Shown here: positions 45,554 to 55,182 of the stretch, one piece after another
Numbering within the stretch: position 1 is the first letter of the stretch
Layout: each line of letters opens with the position of its first letter
Assembly: GCA_002254565.1 (NCBI GenBank)
Contig: NJEG01000003.1
Span: forward strand, 102-64,101
Source of the DNA: Candidatus Altiarchaeales archaeon ex4484_2
Lineage (GTDB): Archaea; Altiarchaeota; Altiarchaeia; IMC4; QMZM01
Direction: 5' to 3'
Length of the DNA stretch: 64,000 nucleotides
The notes under the pieces: generated by a model
Database searches by the model: none
What the model saw: the letters and a program-made list of their open reading frames with translations, nothing else
What the model was told of the DNA's origin: nothing
Translations under genes and position numbers: made by a program

Positions 45554-47962
45554 CTATGTTCCGTAGTTACCATACCACTCCAGCTCAGCAGGCTTCTCTT
45601 TTTCTAGCATCTCCCTCCACTTCTCATCTGTGAGGCGGTCTCTCATGGGTTGCTTGAACTCGTAGTAGCTGAACACCGGCCCTGCGCCAAGCAGTATTCG
45701 TCCGTCAGGGACTTTGTAGGCCACAACAACCAGTTTAACGTAGCCTACGCCTTCCTCCAAAACCTCTTTAGTGTTCTGGTCGGTGTGTACGTCCGCAACC
45801 ACTGTCGTCTTCTTTGCTTTATCATCAACATCCGCTATGACACCCCCAAGGTTTTCCCCGAAGTCTTTGATGAATTCATAGTCTTCCTTAGTTAATTCCT
45901 TGTTCTCGAGTTCATCTATGGAGATGTTAACCAGCCGCTCAAGGATGCCCTCAAGGTTATCCAGCCGGTTTTTTGCTGAATTATCCAGGACATCCATCTC
46001 ATCCAGGCCCCTGTTGGTCATCCTCGTCAGAGCCAGCAGCCTGTTATAGAACTCAGGGACCGGCTCCACGTAACCCACAACCGGCTTCTCCGGTATGGGC
46101 ATAGGAGCAGAAATCAGTTCCATTGTGTAGCTTTGTTTAGCGTATAGTATGGTATCGTGTCTGAGCTCGGTCCAGGAAGCTAACGCTGTGGTCAGCTCCT
46201 TATCCTGCCAGGCGGTGGTTTGCATGAATGTTGGATAGCCTTTAGAGAAATCCTTCAGTAAGGGTTTCATAGCATAAAGCCAGCTCCAGTAGAGGTTCTT
46301 CTGCCAGTCTTCCTGGCTGAAGTTGCTGAATTCCTCCTGAAGTTTCCTGAATCTTATCTCATAGCTTGTGTTTCTGCCCTCATATTCCGTATCACCTAAC
46401 TCAATTAAAAGCTCTTTCGCTCTTATGGAGCCGAGCAATGCCATCGCATCCAGACCACGTGGGAAGCATCTTGCCGGTCCCGCGTCCGTTATACACATCG
46501 TGAACGGTTCACCGCTCCCGGAGTACATCCCGACGTAGGGTGAGACCAGATTAGAGAACATGTAGCTGTCTGGGATGAAGCGTTGCCCCATCAGCCTGAA
46601 GCCTTGGGTTTTCTTGAGAACCTCATCTGCTTGTTCAGCGCTGAAGGGCGGCCAGAGGGTGGCATCTCCTGTGCCCCCGTATATCTTTGGTGTCCTGTAT
46701 TCCGCCAGCTTGGCTTTGAGCTCACCTACCTTCTCTGTTGTCAGGTCCGCTGGATTAAATTCGTTTCCGAAGACGTGGTTCATGGCCTCAATGTATTCAT
46801 AGGGACCCAGGTCATCGGATAATCCGACGTAGAAGGCTGTTACTGAATAAATCCGGTCCCACATACCTCTTAACTCATTATCTCCCGCAAGATCGGACGC
46901 GATTAAGGCTGCCTGCATGGTTTGTATCCTGGCGTCGTATAGGGAGATAAGGGCTTTACATGGAGGGAAATCATTACATCTTTCCCCCACACCCACTTGA
47001 TCAGTTCCCTTCAAGAGCATGCTTATCCGCCCATACCACATGAACGCCTTAAAGTAGTTCTTGAGTTTCTCTGACCGCGTGTAGTGTCCCCGTGGAACAT
47101 ACTGGCTGTAGTCTTCTTTGTAGATGAAGATCGGTGAATTGGAGAAGCCTTCATGTTTCTCAATCAATCCAAGCTCCAACCCAACCTCCTCCTGCACAAA
47201 ATCAGGGATCTCAAAACTGTATTCCGCAAGATCCTTCTCACTGAAGTAAGCGTCCATACACTCCCACTGATGCTCGTAGGGACAGAGTTGATCCTTCCCT
47301 GGTTTCAGCAATCCAAGTCCAACAGAGAGGTAGGCAGCATTTCTCCTGTATGCCTCCTTCAGGTCTCCTGAAGCAGCGTTGTATCCCTCAACAGAATTTT
47401 TAAGCAACTCATTGCTGATGTTCCAGATTGCGTCATAGAACTCTTTTTCCTCGATTTGCCTGAGGGTTTCATCGAACTGTATGTGGTAGAGGTGCAGTAG
47501 ACTGTCGGATGTGATGAAGACTGGTATCTCCCGCTCCTTCAATATCTCGTATGGGTTTGTTATGTATTCCTCGCCTCTGTTGAAGGGGTTCTCCATTACA
47601 GCGAAGCCGTTCTTCTCCAGCAGAGATATTGCTCCGTCACTTAACGTGATCTTCCCTCTGAAGTCGTTGAAGTTGCTTACGTCAGCTGTCGCCAGCGGCA
47701 GATTGTATTGAGCGGTCTTTAACTCAACATCCAGCGGATTCAGGAAATAGTATCCTGTGAAGCTGATTCCTTCTGCTTCAACACCTGAGAGATTTATTGG
47801 CTGGGTTATCAGGGTAGAGGGTGTGGTAGGTAGTGTTGTGGATACTATTGTGGAAGTTACGGTTGCTGTCGAGGATGTTGTGGTTTCAGATGGTCTTTCA
47901 ACACATCCAGTAAACAATAATCCGGTTAACAATACCAGGAGGAGAAGGGTTTTCGTTTTCAT
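45554..47962 (-). CDS. Secreted lipoprotein-like DUF3160 family protein.
   Basis: Leader MKTKTLLLLVLLTGLLFTGC (lipobox-like), a Thr/Ser linker, and the motif VFITSDSLLHLYHIQFDETLR that I associate with DUF3160. Confidence 0.65.
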   Translation of the reverse strand: MKTKTLLLLVLLTGLLFTGCVERPSETTTSSTATVTSTIVSTTLPTTPSTLITQPINLSGVEAEGISFTGYYFLNPLDVELKTAQYNLPLATADVSNFNDFRGKITLSDGAISLLEKNGFAVMENPFNRGEEYITNPYEILKEREIPVFITSDSLLHLYHIQFDETLRQIEEKEFYDAIWNISNELLKNSVEGYNAASGDLKEAYRRNAAYLSVGLGLLKPGKDQLCPYEHQWECMDAYFSEKDLAEYSFEIPDFVQEEVGLELGLIEKHEGFSNSPIFIYKEDYSQYVPRGHYTRSEKLKNYFKAFMWYGRISMLLKGTDQVGVGERCNDFPPCKALISLYDARIQTMQAALIASDLAGDNELRGMWDRIYSVTAFYVGLSDDLGPYEYIEAMNHVFGNEFNPADLTTEKVGELKAKLAEYRTPKIYGGTGDATLWPPFSAEQADEVLKKTQGFRLMGQRFIPDSYMFSNLVSPYVGMYSGSGEPFTMCITDAGPARCFPRGLDAMALLGSIRAKELLIELGDTEYEGRNTSYEIRFRKLQEEFSNFSQEDWQKNLYWSWLYAMKPLLKDFSKGYPTFMQTTAWQDKELTTALASWTELRHDTILYAKQSYTMELISAPMPIPEKPVVGYVEPVPEFYNRLLALTRMTNRGLDEMDVLDNSAKNRLDNLEGILERLVNISIDELENKELTKEDYEFIKDFGENLGGVIADVDDKAKKTTVVADVHTDQNTKEVLEEGVGYVKLVVVAYKVPDGRILLGAGPVFSYYEFKQPMRDRLTDEKWREMLEKEKPAELEWYGNYGT
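47861..47962 (-). repeat. 102-bp perfect direct repeat, copy 1. It encodes the leader of the DUF3160 protein.
   Basis: Identical to 48652-48753. Encodes MKTKTLLLLVLLTGLLFTGCVERPSETTTSSTAT. Confidence 0.9.
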
Positions 47963-48753
47963 ATTACATATTCTTTAGTGTATGTTTGATCTTTACCACA
48001 GTCATATTCCACCAGCACGCTATCGCTTGCACAGAAGTCATATAATGTACGGGCCATGGTGGTTGTCGGACAACCGGAGCCATCTTGATATGAAATCGAA
48101 CCTTTCTTGTGGATATCTCCATGATCTGTGCTAGAGCAACTGAGGGAACAGGTTATCTGGGAGAAGAGGGAACAGTCATATCTATTAAATTCATTCTGGA
48201 TTTTGTCACAGAATGATTTGTTTTTACTGTAACGTGCAGCGTGGTAATAGCAATTATCTATGAGTCCCTGATCTTGGATTTTGTCACATATGGAGAAGTC
48301 TTTTTTTAGGATGGCAACACGTTCGTAGCAATCATCTATGAGTTTTTGATCTTGGATTTTGTCACAGTCAGAGAGTTCTAGGACGGCAATAGATTCGTAG
48401 CAAACATATTTGAGTTTTTGATCTTGGATTTTGTCACAGTCAGAGAGTGATAGATCATCTTTGACCATAAAAACTAATCTGTAGCACCATGTATCCTGTC
48501 CCTCCTCGTCGCATATGGAGGGGTTTTTCTCCTTCACAGCGAAGTATCTGTAGCAATCATGTCTAGTAGAACTTTCATTGATTGTTTTGCAAATCAGGGA
48601 TCCACCATTACCTTCATCATCGGGCACGGATGATATTGTTTTGGAAGTTGTGGTTGCTGTCGAGGATGTTGTGGTTTCAGATGGTCTTTCAACACATCCA
48701 GTAAACAATAATCCGGTTAACAATACCAGGAGGAGAAGGGTTTTCGTTTTCAT
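47959..48753 (-). CDS. Lipoprotein-like protein built of paired-Cys repeats (C-D-K-I-Q-D-Q-x-L-x3-C-Y-x2-[IV]-A).
   Basis: I chose the start at the internal M (48753), which gives the same leader as the downstream gene. About 75-bp nucleotide repeats (ttgatcttggattttgtcaca, 4 copies). Its stop overlaps the DUF3160 start (ATGA). Confidence 0.65.
   Translation of the reverse strand: MKTKTLLLLVLLTGLLFTGCVERPSETTTSSTATTTSKTISSVPDDEGNGGSLICKTINESSTRHDCYRYFAVKEKNPSICDEEGQDTWCYRLVFMVKDDLSLSDCDKIQDQKLKYVCYESIAVLELSDCDKIQDQKLIDDCYERVAILKKDFSICDKIQDQGLIDNCYYHAARYSKNKSFCDKIQNEFNRYDCSLFSQITCSLSCSSTDHGDIHKKGSISYQDGSGCPTTTMARTLYDFCASDSVLVEYDCGKDQTYTKEYVI
48652..48753 (-). repeat. 102-bp perfect direct repeat, copy 2. 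It encodes the leader of the Cys-repeat lipoprotein.
   Basis: Identical to 47861-47962. Confidence 0.9.
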
Positions 48754-48827
48754 ATGGGCTTCCCTCTCAATACAGCAGTTTTTCCATTCCCCCGAATACA
48801 ACAACGTCCATATATAGACATTGTTGC

Positions 48828-48840
48828 ATATTTATATACT
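48828..48840 (+). promoter_or_regulatory. TATA-like box upstream of trpE.
   Basis: tttatata at 48831-48838, about 22 nt before the trpE ATG. The flanking sequence is AT-rich with repeated tatata. Confidence 0.35.
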
Positions 48841-48859
48841 CAATTGTATATAGTTACCC

Positions 48860-50269
48860 ATGGATGGATTTGTTGTTAACCCAGTATACATTGAAATACA
48901 GGAAACAGACCCTGTGAAGGCATACAATGCAGTAAGGCAGAGAGAAAGCTACCTCCTGGAGTCAAGCGACGGAGGGGAGAAAGTAGCCAGATACAGCTTC
49001 ATCGGATTCAACCCCGCACTTAAAATAGAGTACGGGAACAAAAAAATCAAGCTCGAAATAAAAGACCCTGAACTCTCAAACATTAATGTTAAGGAGGGAG
49101 ACCCCATAGCTGCCACAAGAAACCTCATGCAACAGTTCCAGAAGATAACAGAAAAAACACCCAGGTTCTTCGGGGGGTTGGTGGGTTACTTCAGCTACGA
49201 CATAAACCGCTACCACATCAAACTAAACGGGAACTCACAAGATGACTTAAGGCACCCGGACTGCGAATTCCTCCTAGCCAAAAACAACATAGTATTCGAC
49301 CATAAGCTGGGGAAAACCTACCTCATATCACACCAATTCCATCCCGGCATAGATGAGGAAGCAATCAGGAAGGATCTGGGAGAGATAAGGGATGCTATAG
49401 CAGACCAGGCGGAAACCAGGGAACTGGATGAGGATGTGGAAAAGCTATCATACTCATCCAACACAGAGAAGAAGAGATTCAGCCGTTCTGTTAGAGAAAT
49501 CAAGGAGCACATCAAGGCAGGGGATATATTCCAGGCTGTTCTATCGCAGAGGCTGGACACCGAATACTGTGGAGATAAATTCCAGGTATATCGGAGACTG
49601 AAGGAGATCAACCCCTCACCCTACATGTACTATCTGGAGCTGGGGGATAGGAGAATTGTTGGCTCCTCTCCCGAGATGCTTGCGAGGGTGGAAGGCAGGA
49701 GGGTGGAAACCTACCCCATAGCGGGCACCAGACCAAGAGGTGGAGCCCCGGGAGAGGATGAACGGCTTGGTAGAGAGCTTTTGGGAGATGAGAAGGAGAG
49801 AGCTGAGCACGTCATGCTGGTTGACTTGGGGAGAAACGACATAGGGCGGGTATCAGAGTACGGCAGCGTGGAGGTCAGTAGATTCATGCAGGTGGAAAAA
49901 TACAGCCACGTGCAGCATATTGTCTCGGAGGTGAGGGGGGAGCTAAGGCAGGATATGGATTGCTTTGATGCGCTGAAGGCTGTTTTCCCAGCCGGGACCG
50001 TCTCAGGAGCTCCGAAGGTGAGGGCCATGGAAATCATCGACGAAATAGAGCCCACCAGGAGAGGAATCTATGCAGGCTGCGTGGGGTATTTCTCATTCAA
50101 CCAGAACATGGACACTGCCATCACAATAAGGACGATAGATTTTGAGGGGGATAGGGCATATATACAGGTCGGCGCTGGTATTGTAGCAGACTCTAACCCG
50201 GAAAAAGAATACGAGGAAACAATAAATAAAGGAAAGGCTATGCTAAAAGCAATTGAGGTTAAGGAATGA
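48860..50269 (+). CDS. trpE: Anthranilate synthase component I.
   Basis: LLESSDGGEK..., SPYMYYLELGD..IVGSSPE, and GAGIVADSNPEKEYEET motifs. Confidence 0.92.
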   Translation: MDGFVVNPVYIEIQETDPVKAYNAVRQRESYLLESSDGGEKVARYSFIGFNPALKIEYGNKKIKLEIKDPELSNINVKEGDPIAATRNLMQQFQKITEKTPRFFGGLVGYFSYDINRYHIKLNGNSQDDLRHPDCEFLLAKNNIVFDHKLGKTYLISHQFHPGIDEEAIRKDLGEIRDAIADQAETRELDEDVEKLSYSSNTEKKRFSRSVREIKEHIKAGDIFQAVLSQRLDTEYCGDKFQVYRRLKEINPSPYMYYLELGDRRIVGSSPEMLARVEGRRVETYPIAGTRPRGGAPGEDERLGRELLGDEKERAEHVMLVDLGRNDIGRVSEYGSVEVSRFMQVEKYSHVQHIVSEVRGELRQDMDCFDALKAVFPAGTVSGAPKVRAMEIIDEIEPTRRGIYAGCVGYFSFNQNMDTAITIRTIDFEGDRAYIQVGAGIVADSNPEKEYEETINKGKAMLKAIEVKE

Positions 50270-50430
50270 AAAAAGATAACTCAGATATCAGCCAAAAGAT
50301 CAGTAATGGAATAATCGCCAGAGCTGAAAGGATCATAGATACTGCTAACATTTTTTGTATGCCTGGCTCTGTCTTTGGATACAATAATAAACTATTATCC
50401 AGGGATATAATCCGGGGGTATATAAAATGA
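50266..50430 (+). CDS. 54-aa ORF between trpE and trpG, overlapping both neighbours by ATGA.
   Basis: Hand translation: MKKDNSDISQKISNGIIARAERIIDTANIFCMPGSVFGYNNKLLSRDIIRGYIK*. Its ATG overlaps the trpE TGA and its TGA overlaps the trpG ATG. Confidence 0.45.
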   Translation: MKKDNSDISQKISNGIIARAERIIDTANIFCMPGSVFGYNNKLLSRDIIRGYIK

Positions 50431-51008
50431 GGACAGTGGTAATAGACAACATCGACTCCTTTGTCTATAACCTGGTCCAGTATGTCGGATTACTTGGAGG
50501 TAATCCCGCTGTGGTGGAGAATACAGCGGATATTGGGGAGGTAAGAGAGCTGGTGGAGGAGGAAGAAGTGACACATATAATCCTGTCCCCGGGTCCTGGG
50601 AGACCGGAGGATGCTGGAGTAACCAATGAGGTTATAAAGGAATACAAGGAGATTATACCCCTACTTGGAGTCTGTTTAGGCCACCAGTGCATAGCTCACG
50701 TCTATGGAGCAAAGGTTGTCAGGGCAGGGAAACTCATGCACGGGAAAACCTCCCAGATAAGATATGAAGGCAACAGCATAATGGAGGGCATGGATAACCC
50801 CATGAAGGCTACAAGATACCATTCCCTTGTGGTGGACAGAGAGAGCATACCCCCTGAACTGGAGGTTTTCGCATATAGCTTGGATGACGGGGAGGTGATG
50901 GGCTTAAGGCACAAGAAATACCCTGTATACGGGCTGCAGTTCCACCCCGAGTCCATATTAACAAAAAATGGGATAAGGATTATTAAAAACTTTCTTGAAA
51001 TAAAATGA
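50427..51008 (+). CDS. trpG: Anthranilate synthase component II (glutamine amidotransferase).
   Basis: GVCLGHQ catalytic Cys motif and FHPES near the C-terminus. Confidence 0.92.
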   Translation: MRTVVIDNIDSFVYNLVQYVGLLGGNPAVVENTADIGEVRELVEEEEVTHIILSPGPGRPEDAGVTNEVIKEYKEIIPLLGVCLGHQCIAHVYGAKVVRAGKLMHGKTSQIRYEGNSIMEGMDNPMKATRYHSLVVDRESIPPELEVFAYSLDDGEVMGLRHKKYPVYGLQFHPESILTKNGIRIIKNFLEIK

Positions 51009-51783
51009 AAGATTTTATCGAGAAGCTTGTGGATGGAGAAGATTTAACTGCGGATGAGGCTGCAAACGCTATGAAGACAGTTATGTCCGGCGAAGCCTCG
51101 GATGCGCAGATAGCGTCCTTCCTAACCGCACTCAGGATTAAGGGCGAGACCCCGCAAGAGATAGCATCCCTGGCAGAGGTCATGCACGACTTCGCCGAAA
51201 AAATATATCCAGATGTTGACGGAACACTCGTCGACGTCTGCGGCACTGGTGGAGACCAGCTTAACACATTCAACATATCCACCACATCCATGTTTATTGT
51301 CGCAGCAGCCGGGATACCGGTAGCCAAACACGGTAACAGATCAATCACGTCCAAATGCGGATCAGCTGATGTTCTGGAGGCATTGGGCGTTAACCTAGAC
51401 ATGGAATTCAATAAGATCAGGGAATGCATAGAAAAAATCGGTATCGGGTTCATGTACGCCCCACTGCATCACTCAGCCATGAAATATGTGATGCCGGCCC
51501 GCAGGGAACTGGGTGTGAGAACCGTCTTCAACATACTGGGGCCGCTGACGAACCCAGCCAACGCCAGAGCACAGCTGATGGGCGTCTTTGATCCTGATCT
51601 GACAGAGAAACTCGCCAACGTATTCAAGATACTGGGTCTAAAACACACCATAGTAGCCTACGGCGAGCCCGGTGGCGGGAGGTGGGGCAGACAACCTTGA
51701 GGAGGGGCTAGAGATAGCAAAAGAGGTTCTATACTCCGGGAAGGCATATAAAAAACTTAACGAGTTCATTGATTTTGCAAGAT
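51005..51783 (+). pseudogene. trpD: Anthranilate phosphoribosyltransferase with an internal deletion of about 85-90 codons plus a frameshift.
   Basis: The N-terminal 220 aa are canonical (GTGGD, KHGNRS, SGSADVLEALG-like). The frame ends at 51700. The conserved C-terminus VAGGGADNLEEGLEIAKEVLYSGKAYKKLNEFIDFAR is in another frame and ends in an ATGA overlap with trpC. Confidence 0.75.
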
Positions 51784-52516
51784 GACCTTTAATCTGGATA
51801 CGATAGGGAGTGAGAAACTACATGAAATAAAGGTGTTTAAGGAGAAACGGAGTTTAATCTCCGCAATCAAGGATGCGAAGAGAAACAACCTGAATGCCGT
51901 GATCACAGAGATAAAGAGGAGAAGCCCGAGCAGGGGATACATCAAAGACGTTGATCTACTTGAGACGGCGGAGTCTATGGAGGCGGGTGGTGCCTCTGCA
52001 ATCTCTGTATTGACGGATAAGAGATTCGGCGGAGACTTAAGTGATTTAAGGAGGGTTAAGAGTGGGGTGGAGGTTCCTGTTCTTAGGAAAGACTTTATTG
52101 TTGATGAATTCCAGATATATGAAGGCTATGCATACGGCGCAGACGCTGTTTTATTGATTGTCTCCCTGCTTAAGGGAAAAACAGGGGACTTCGTGGAGTT
52201 AGCCCATGGGCTGGGGATGGAGGCGTTGGTTGAGGTCCATTCAGTGGATGAACTCGGTTTTGCACTGGATTCAGGTGCGAGATTGGTTGGCGTTAATAAT
52301 AGGGATTTAGGTAGTTTGAGGATTGATTTAGACACTATTGAACGGCTTGCACCGAAAATCCCAAAAAACAAGCTGATCGTCAGCGAAAGCGGAATCAACA
52401 ACAAAGAAGACCTTAAAAGGGTTTTATATGCCGAAGCAGATGCTGCATTAATCGGGACAAGCATCATGTTAGCTGAAGATATCAAAGAGAAGGTAATGGA
52501 GTTCACAAAAAGATGA
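51782..52516 (+). CDS. trpC: Indole-3-glycerol phosphate synthase.
   Basis: VITEIKRRSPSRG, ISVLTDKRFGG, and LRKDFIVDEFQI motifs. Confidence 0.92.
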   Translation: MTFNLDTIGSEKLHEIKVFKEKRSLISAIKDAKRNNLNAVITEIKRRSPSRGYIKDVDLLETAESMEAGGASAISVLTDKRFGGDLSDLRRVKSGVEVPVLRKDFIVDEFQIYEGYAYGADAVLLIVSLLKGKTGDFVELAHGLGMEALVEVHSVDELGFALDSGARLVGVNNRDLGSLRIDLDTIERLAPKIPKNKLIVSESGINNKEDLKRVLYAEADAALIGTSIMLAEDIKEKVMEFTKR

Positions 52517-53142
52517 TTAGGGTAAAGATATGCGGGATAACAAATAGGGGGGATGCGTTGATGGCAGCGGAATATGGGACTGACGCAGTCGGTGTAGTTA
52601 ACGTTGAGGAATCCAAGAGATTCGTTGACCTAGAGAAGGCCAGGGAAATATTCACTTCCCTCCCGGTTTTCATCTCCAAAGTGGTTGTTGCAGCACCAGA
52701 CAGCATAAAGGAAGCACTTGAATTAACTAAAAGCGGCGCAGGATACATACAGCTCCACGGAAACGAGTCAAGAGATTTCGTAAAAACACTAAGGAAAAAA
52801 ACAGGTATAAAAATAATAAAGAAGATATCCGTCGACAAAAACTGCATAGAAAACTCAGGGAGATACGCAGAGATTGCGGACGCAATACTCCTGGATACAG
52901 AAACAAAGGGATTGAGCGGAGGCACCGGCGTTACTCACGACTGGGGTGTAAGTAAAAAGGTTGTGTGTTCAATAAATACCCAGGCGATACTTGCAGGCGG
53001 ACTGAACACAGGGAACGTTAAAGAAGCAATAGACGCCGTAAAACCCTACGCAGTGGATGCATCAAGTGGTGTTGAATCCAGGCCCGGAAAGAAGGATCTG
53101 GAAAAACTTAAGGAATTCATAAAAATTGCTAAATCAAAATGA
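52513..53142 (+). CDS. trpF: Phosphoribosylanthranilate isomerase.
   Basis: VKICGITN..., [12 protein letters not shown]....GGTG. Confidence 0.9.
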   Translation: MIRVKICGITNRGDALMAAEYGTDAVGVVNVEESKRFVDLEKAREIFTSLPVFISKVVVAAPDSIKEALELTKSGAGYIQLHGNESRDFVKTLRKKTGIKIIKKISVDKNCIENSGRYAEIADAILLDTETKGLSGGTGVTHDWGVSKKVVCSINTQAILAGGLNTGNVKEAIDAVKPYAVDASSGVESRPGKKDLEKLKEFIKIAKSK

Positions 53143-54326
53143 ATATGCCAGATAAACACGGGAAATTTATTGAATACGGAGGGAAATTTGCACCGGAGGT
53201 GTTGATGCCGGCCATAGAGGAACTTGAGAAGGGATTCAAGAGATATGTGAAGGACCCTGGATTCCGGAAGGAACTGGATTACTACCTGAAGGAATTCGCG
53301 GGGAGACCCACCCCCCTCTACTATGCACGGAACCTAACTGAGAAGGTGGGCGGCGCGAAAATATATCTTAAGAGAGAGGACCTAGTCCACGGAGGCTCCC
53401 ATAAACTAAACAACACTTTGGGGCAGGCACTGCTGGCTAAGAAGATGGGTAAGAAAAGGATTATAGCAGAGACCGGCGCAGGACAGCACGGGGTCGCAAC
53501 AGCCATGGCCGCATCCGCGGCAGGTATTGAATGTGAAGTCTATATGGGCACCGAGGATATAGAGCGGCAGAAACTGAATGTCTTCCGGATGGATTTGATG
53601 GACGCGAAAATAATTCCTGTAGAGTCCGGCTCATGCACCCTGAAGGATGCGATAAATGAGGCGATGAGGGACTGGCTTACGAATGTAGAGACCACCTACT
53701 ACCTGATAGGCAGCATCGTCGGACCGCACCCGTATCCATTGATGGTAAGGGAGTTCCAGAAGATTATTGGAGAGGAAACAAGGAAACAGATCATTGATAA
53801 AGAAGGTGTTTTACCGGATTATATCGTAGCCTGCGTCGGGGGCGGAAGCAACGCCATAGGGATATCCCATGAGTTCCTCGGTGATGAGGTGGAGCTTGTC
53901 GGCGTAGAAGCAGGCGGTAAGGGCATAGAGAGCGGAGAACACGGGGCAACCCTCTCCGCCGGAACCTCCGGGGTTTTGCATGGAACATACTCCAAGCTGC
54001 TGCAGGACAAATACGGGCAGATAAATATATCATACTCGATCGCTGCAGGCCTGGATTACCCGGGGGTCGGTCCGGAGCTAAGCTATCTGGCAGAGAAGGG
54101 GCGGCTTAAGGTAGCGTCTGTGACAGACGATGAAGCGCTTGAGGCCTTTAAGCTCTTGAGCAGGGTGGAGGGGATTGTCCCGGCGCTGGAGTCAGCGCAT
54201 GCAGTATACCATGCGGTGGAGATGGCGAAAGAGCTAGATGAAGATAAAACAATCATCGTAAACCTCTCCGGGAGAGGGGATAAGGATGTGTTCGTGGTTG
54301 CGGAGGCACTGGGGGTGAAGCTATGA
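53139..54326 (+). CDS. trpB: Tryptophan synthase beta chain.
   Basis: [19 protein letters not shown]-lysine motif and GGGSNAIG. Confidence 0.92.
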   Translation: MNMPDKHGKFIEYGGKFAPEVLMPAIEELEKGFKRYVKDPGFRKELDYYLKEFAGRPTPLYYARNLTEKVGGAKIYLKREDLVHGGSHKLNNTLGQALLAKKMGKKRIIAETGAGQHGVATAMAASAAGIECEVYMGTEDIERQKLNVFRMDLMDAKIIPVESGSCTLKDAINEAMRDWLTNVETTYYLIGSIVGPHPYPLMVREFQKIIGEETRKQIIDKEGVLPDYIVACVGGGSNAIGISHEFLGDEVELVGVEAGGKGIESGEHGATLSAGTSGVLHGTYSKLLQDKYGQINISYSIAAGLDYPGVGPELSYLAEKGRLKVASVTDDEALEAFKLLSRVEGIVPALESAHAVYHAVEMAKELDEDKTIIVNLSGRGDKDVFVVAEALGVKL

Positions 54327-55123
54327 AAATAGAGGAGAAATTCAGGGAGCTGCAGGAGAAGGGTGAAGGAGCCTTAATAGGTTTCGTAACCGCAGGAGAC
54401 CCGACACCTCAGGATACAGTAGATATCGTTGATTCATTGATTGAAGGCGGCGTAGATATTTTGGAGCTCGGGCTACCATTTTCAGATCCCATAGCCGACG
54501 GCGTGGTAATCCAGAAAGCCAGCGAGAGATCACTTAAGGCCGGGATGAACCCGGACACCTACTTCAGGATTGCTGGAGAAATCACCTCCGAGATACCTAA
54601 GGTCTGCCTGACCTACTACAACCTTGTACTGCAAAGGGGTCTTGAACGATTTATTGTAGACTGCCAGAATTCAGGCATCTCAGGTCTGATAGTGCCAGAC
54701 CTGCCTATCGAGGAAGCAACCCCTTTACTTGAGGCCTGCAGGAAACATGATGTTGATTTCATCTTCCTTGTTGCACCAACCACCATGGAGGATCGGCTGC
54801 AGAAGATCCTGGGTGAGGCAAGTGGCTTTCTCTATGTTGTCTCTGTCTTGGGCGTGACAGGCGCAAGGGAGGGATTCTCTAAAGCAATCAACCCAACCCT
54901 TAGGAGAATCAAAAAGCTATCGCCTGAAATCCCGCTCGCCGTGGGGTTCGGGATATCAAAGCCCGAGCACGTGAAGGGCGTTCTAAAGGCAGGGGCTCAG
55001 GGGGTAATAGTCGGCAGCGCGTTCGTAAAGATAATCGAAGGAAACAGATCAGACATCAGAAACGCTAAAGAAAAAATCAAGGAACTCTGCAGGGAACTTA
55101 AGAACGCAACAAGAAACAAGTGA
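54323..55123 (+). CDS. trpA: Tryptophan synthase alpha chain.
   Basis: [19 protein letters not shown] and GFGIS motifs. Confidence 0.92.
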   Translation: MKIEEKFRELQEKGEGALIGFVTAGDPTPQDTVDIVDSLIEGGVDILELGLPFSDPIADGVVIQKASERSLKAGMNPDTYFRIAGEITSEIPKVCLTYYNLVLQRGLERFIVDCQNSGISGLIVPDLPIEEATPLLEACRKHDVDFIFLVAPTTMEDRLQKILGEASGFLYVVSVLGVTGAREGFSKAINPTLRRIKKLSPEIPLAVGFGISKPEHVKGVLKAGAQGVIVGSAFVKIIEGNRSDIRNAKEKIKELCRELKNATRNK

Positions 55124-55182
55124 GGTAGATTAGTTTATTAATAAAACATCAGAATAATCTAATTGAGAAAGTAAAAAAAAAA

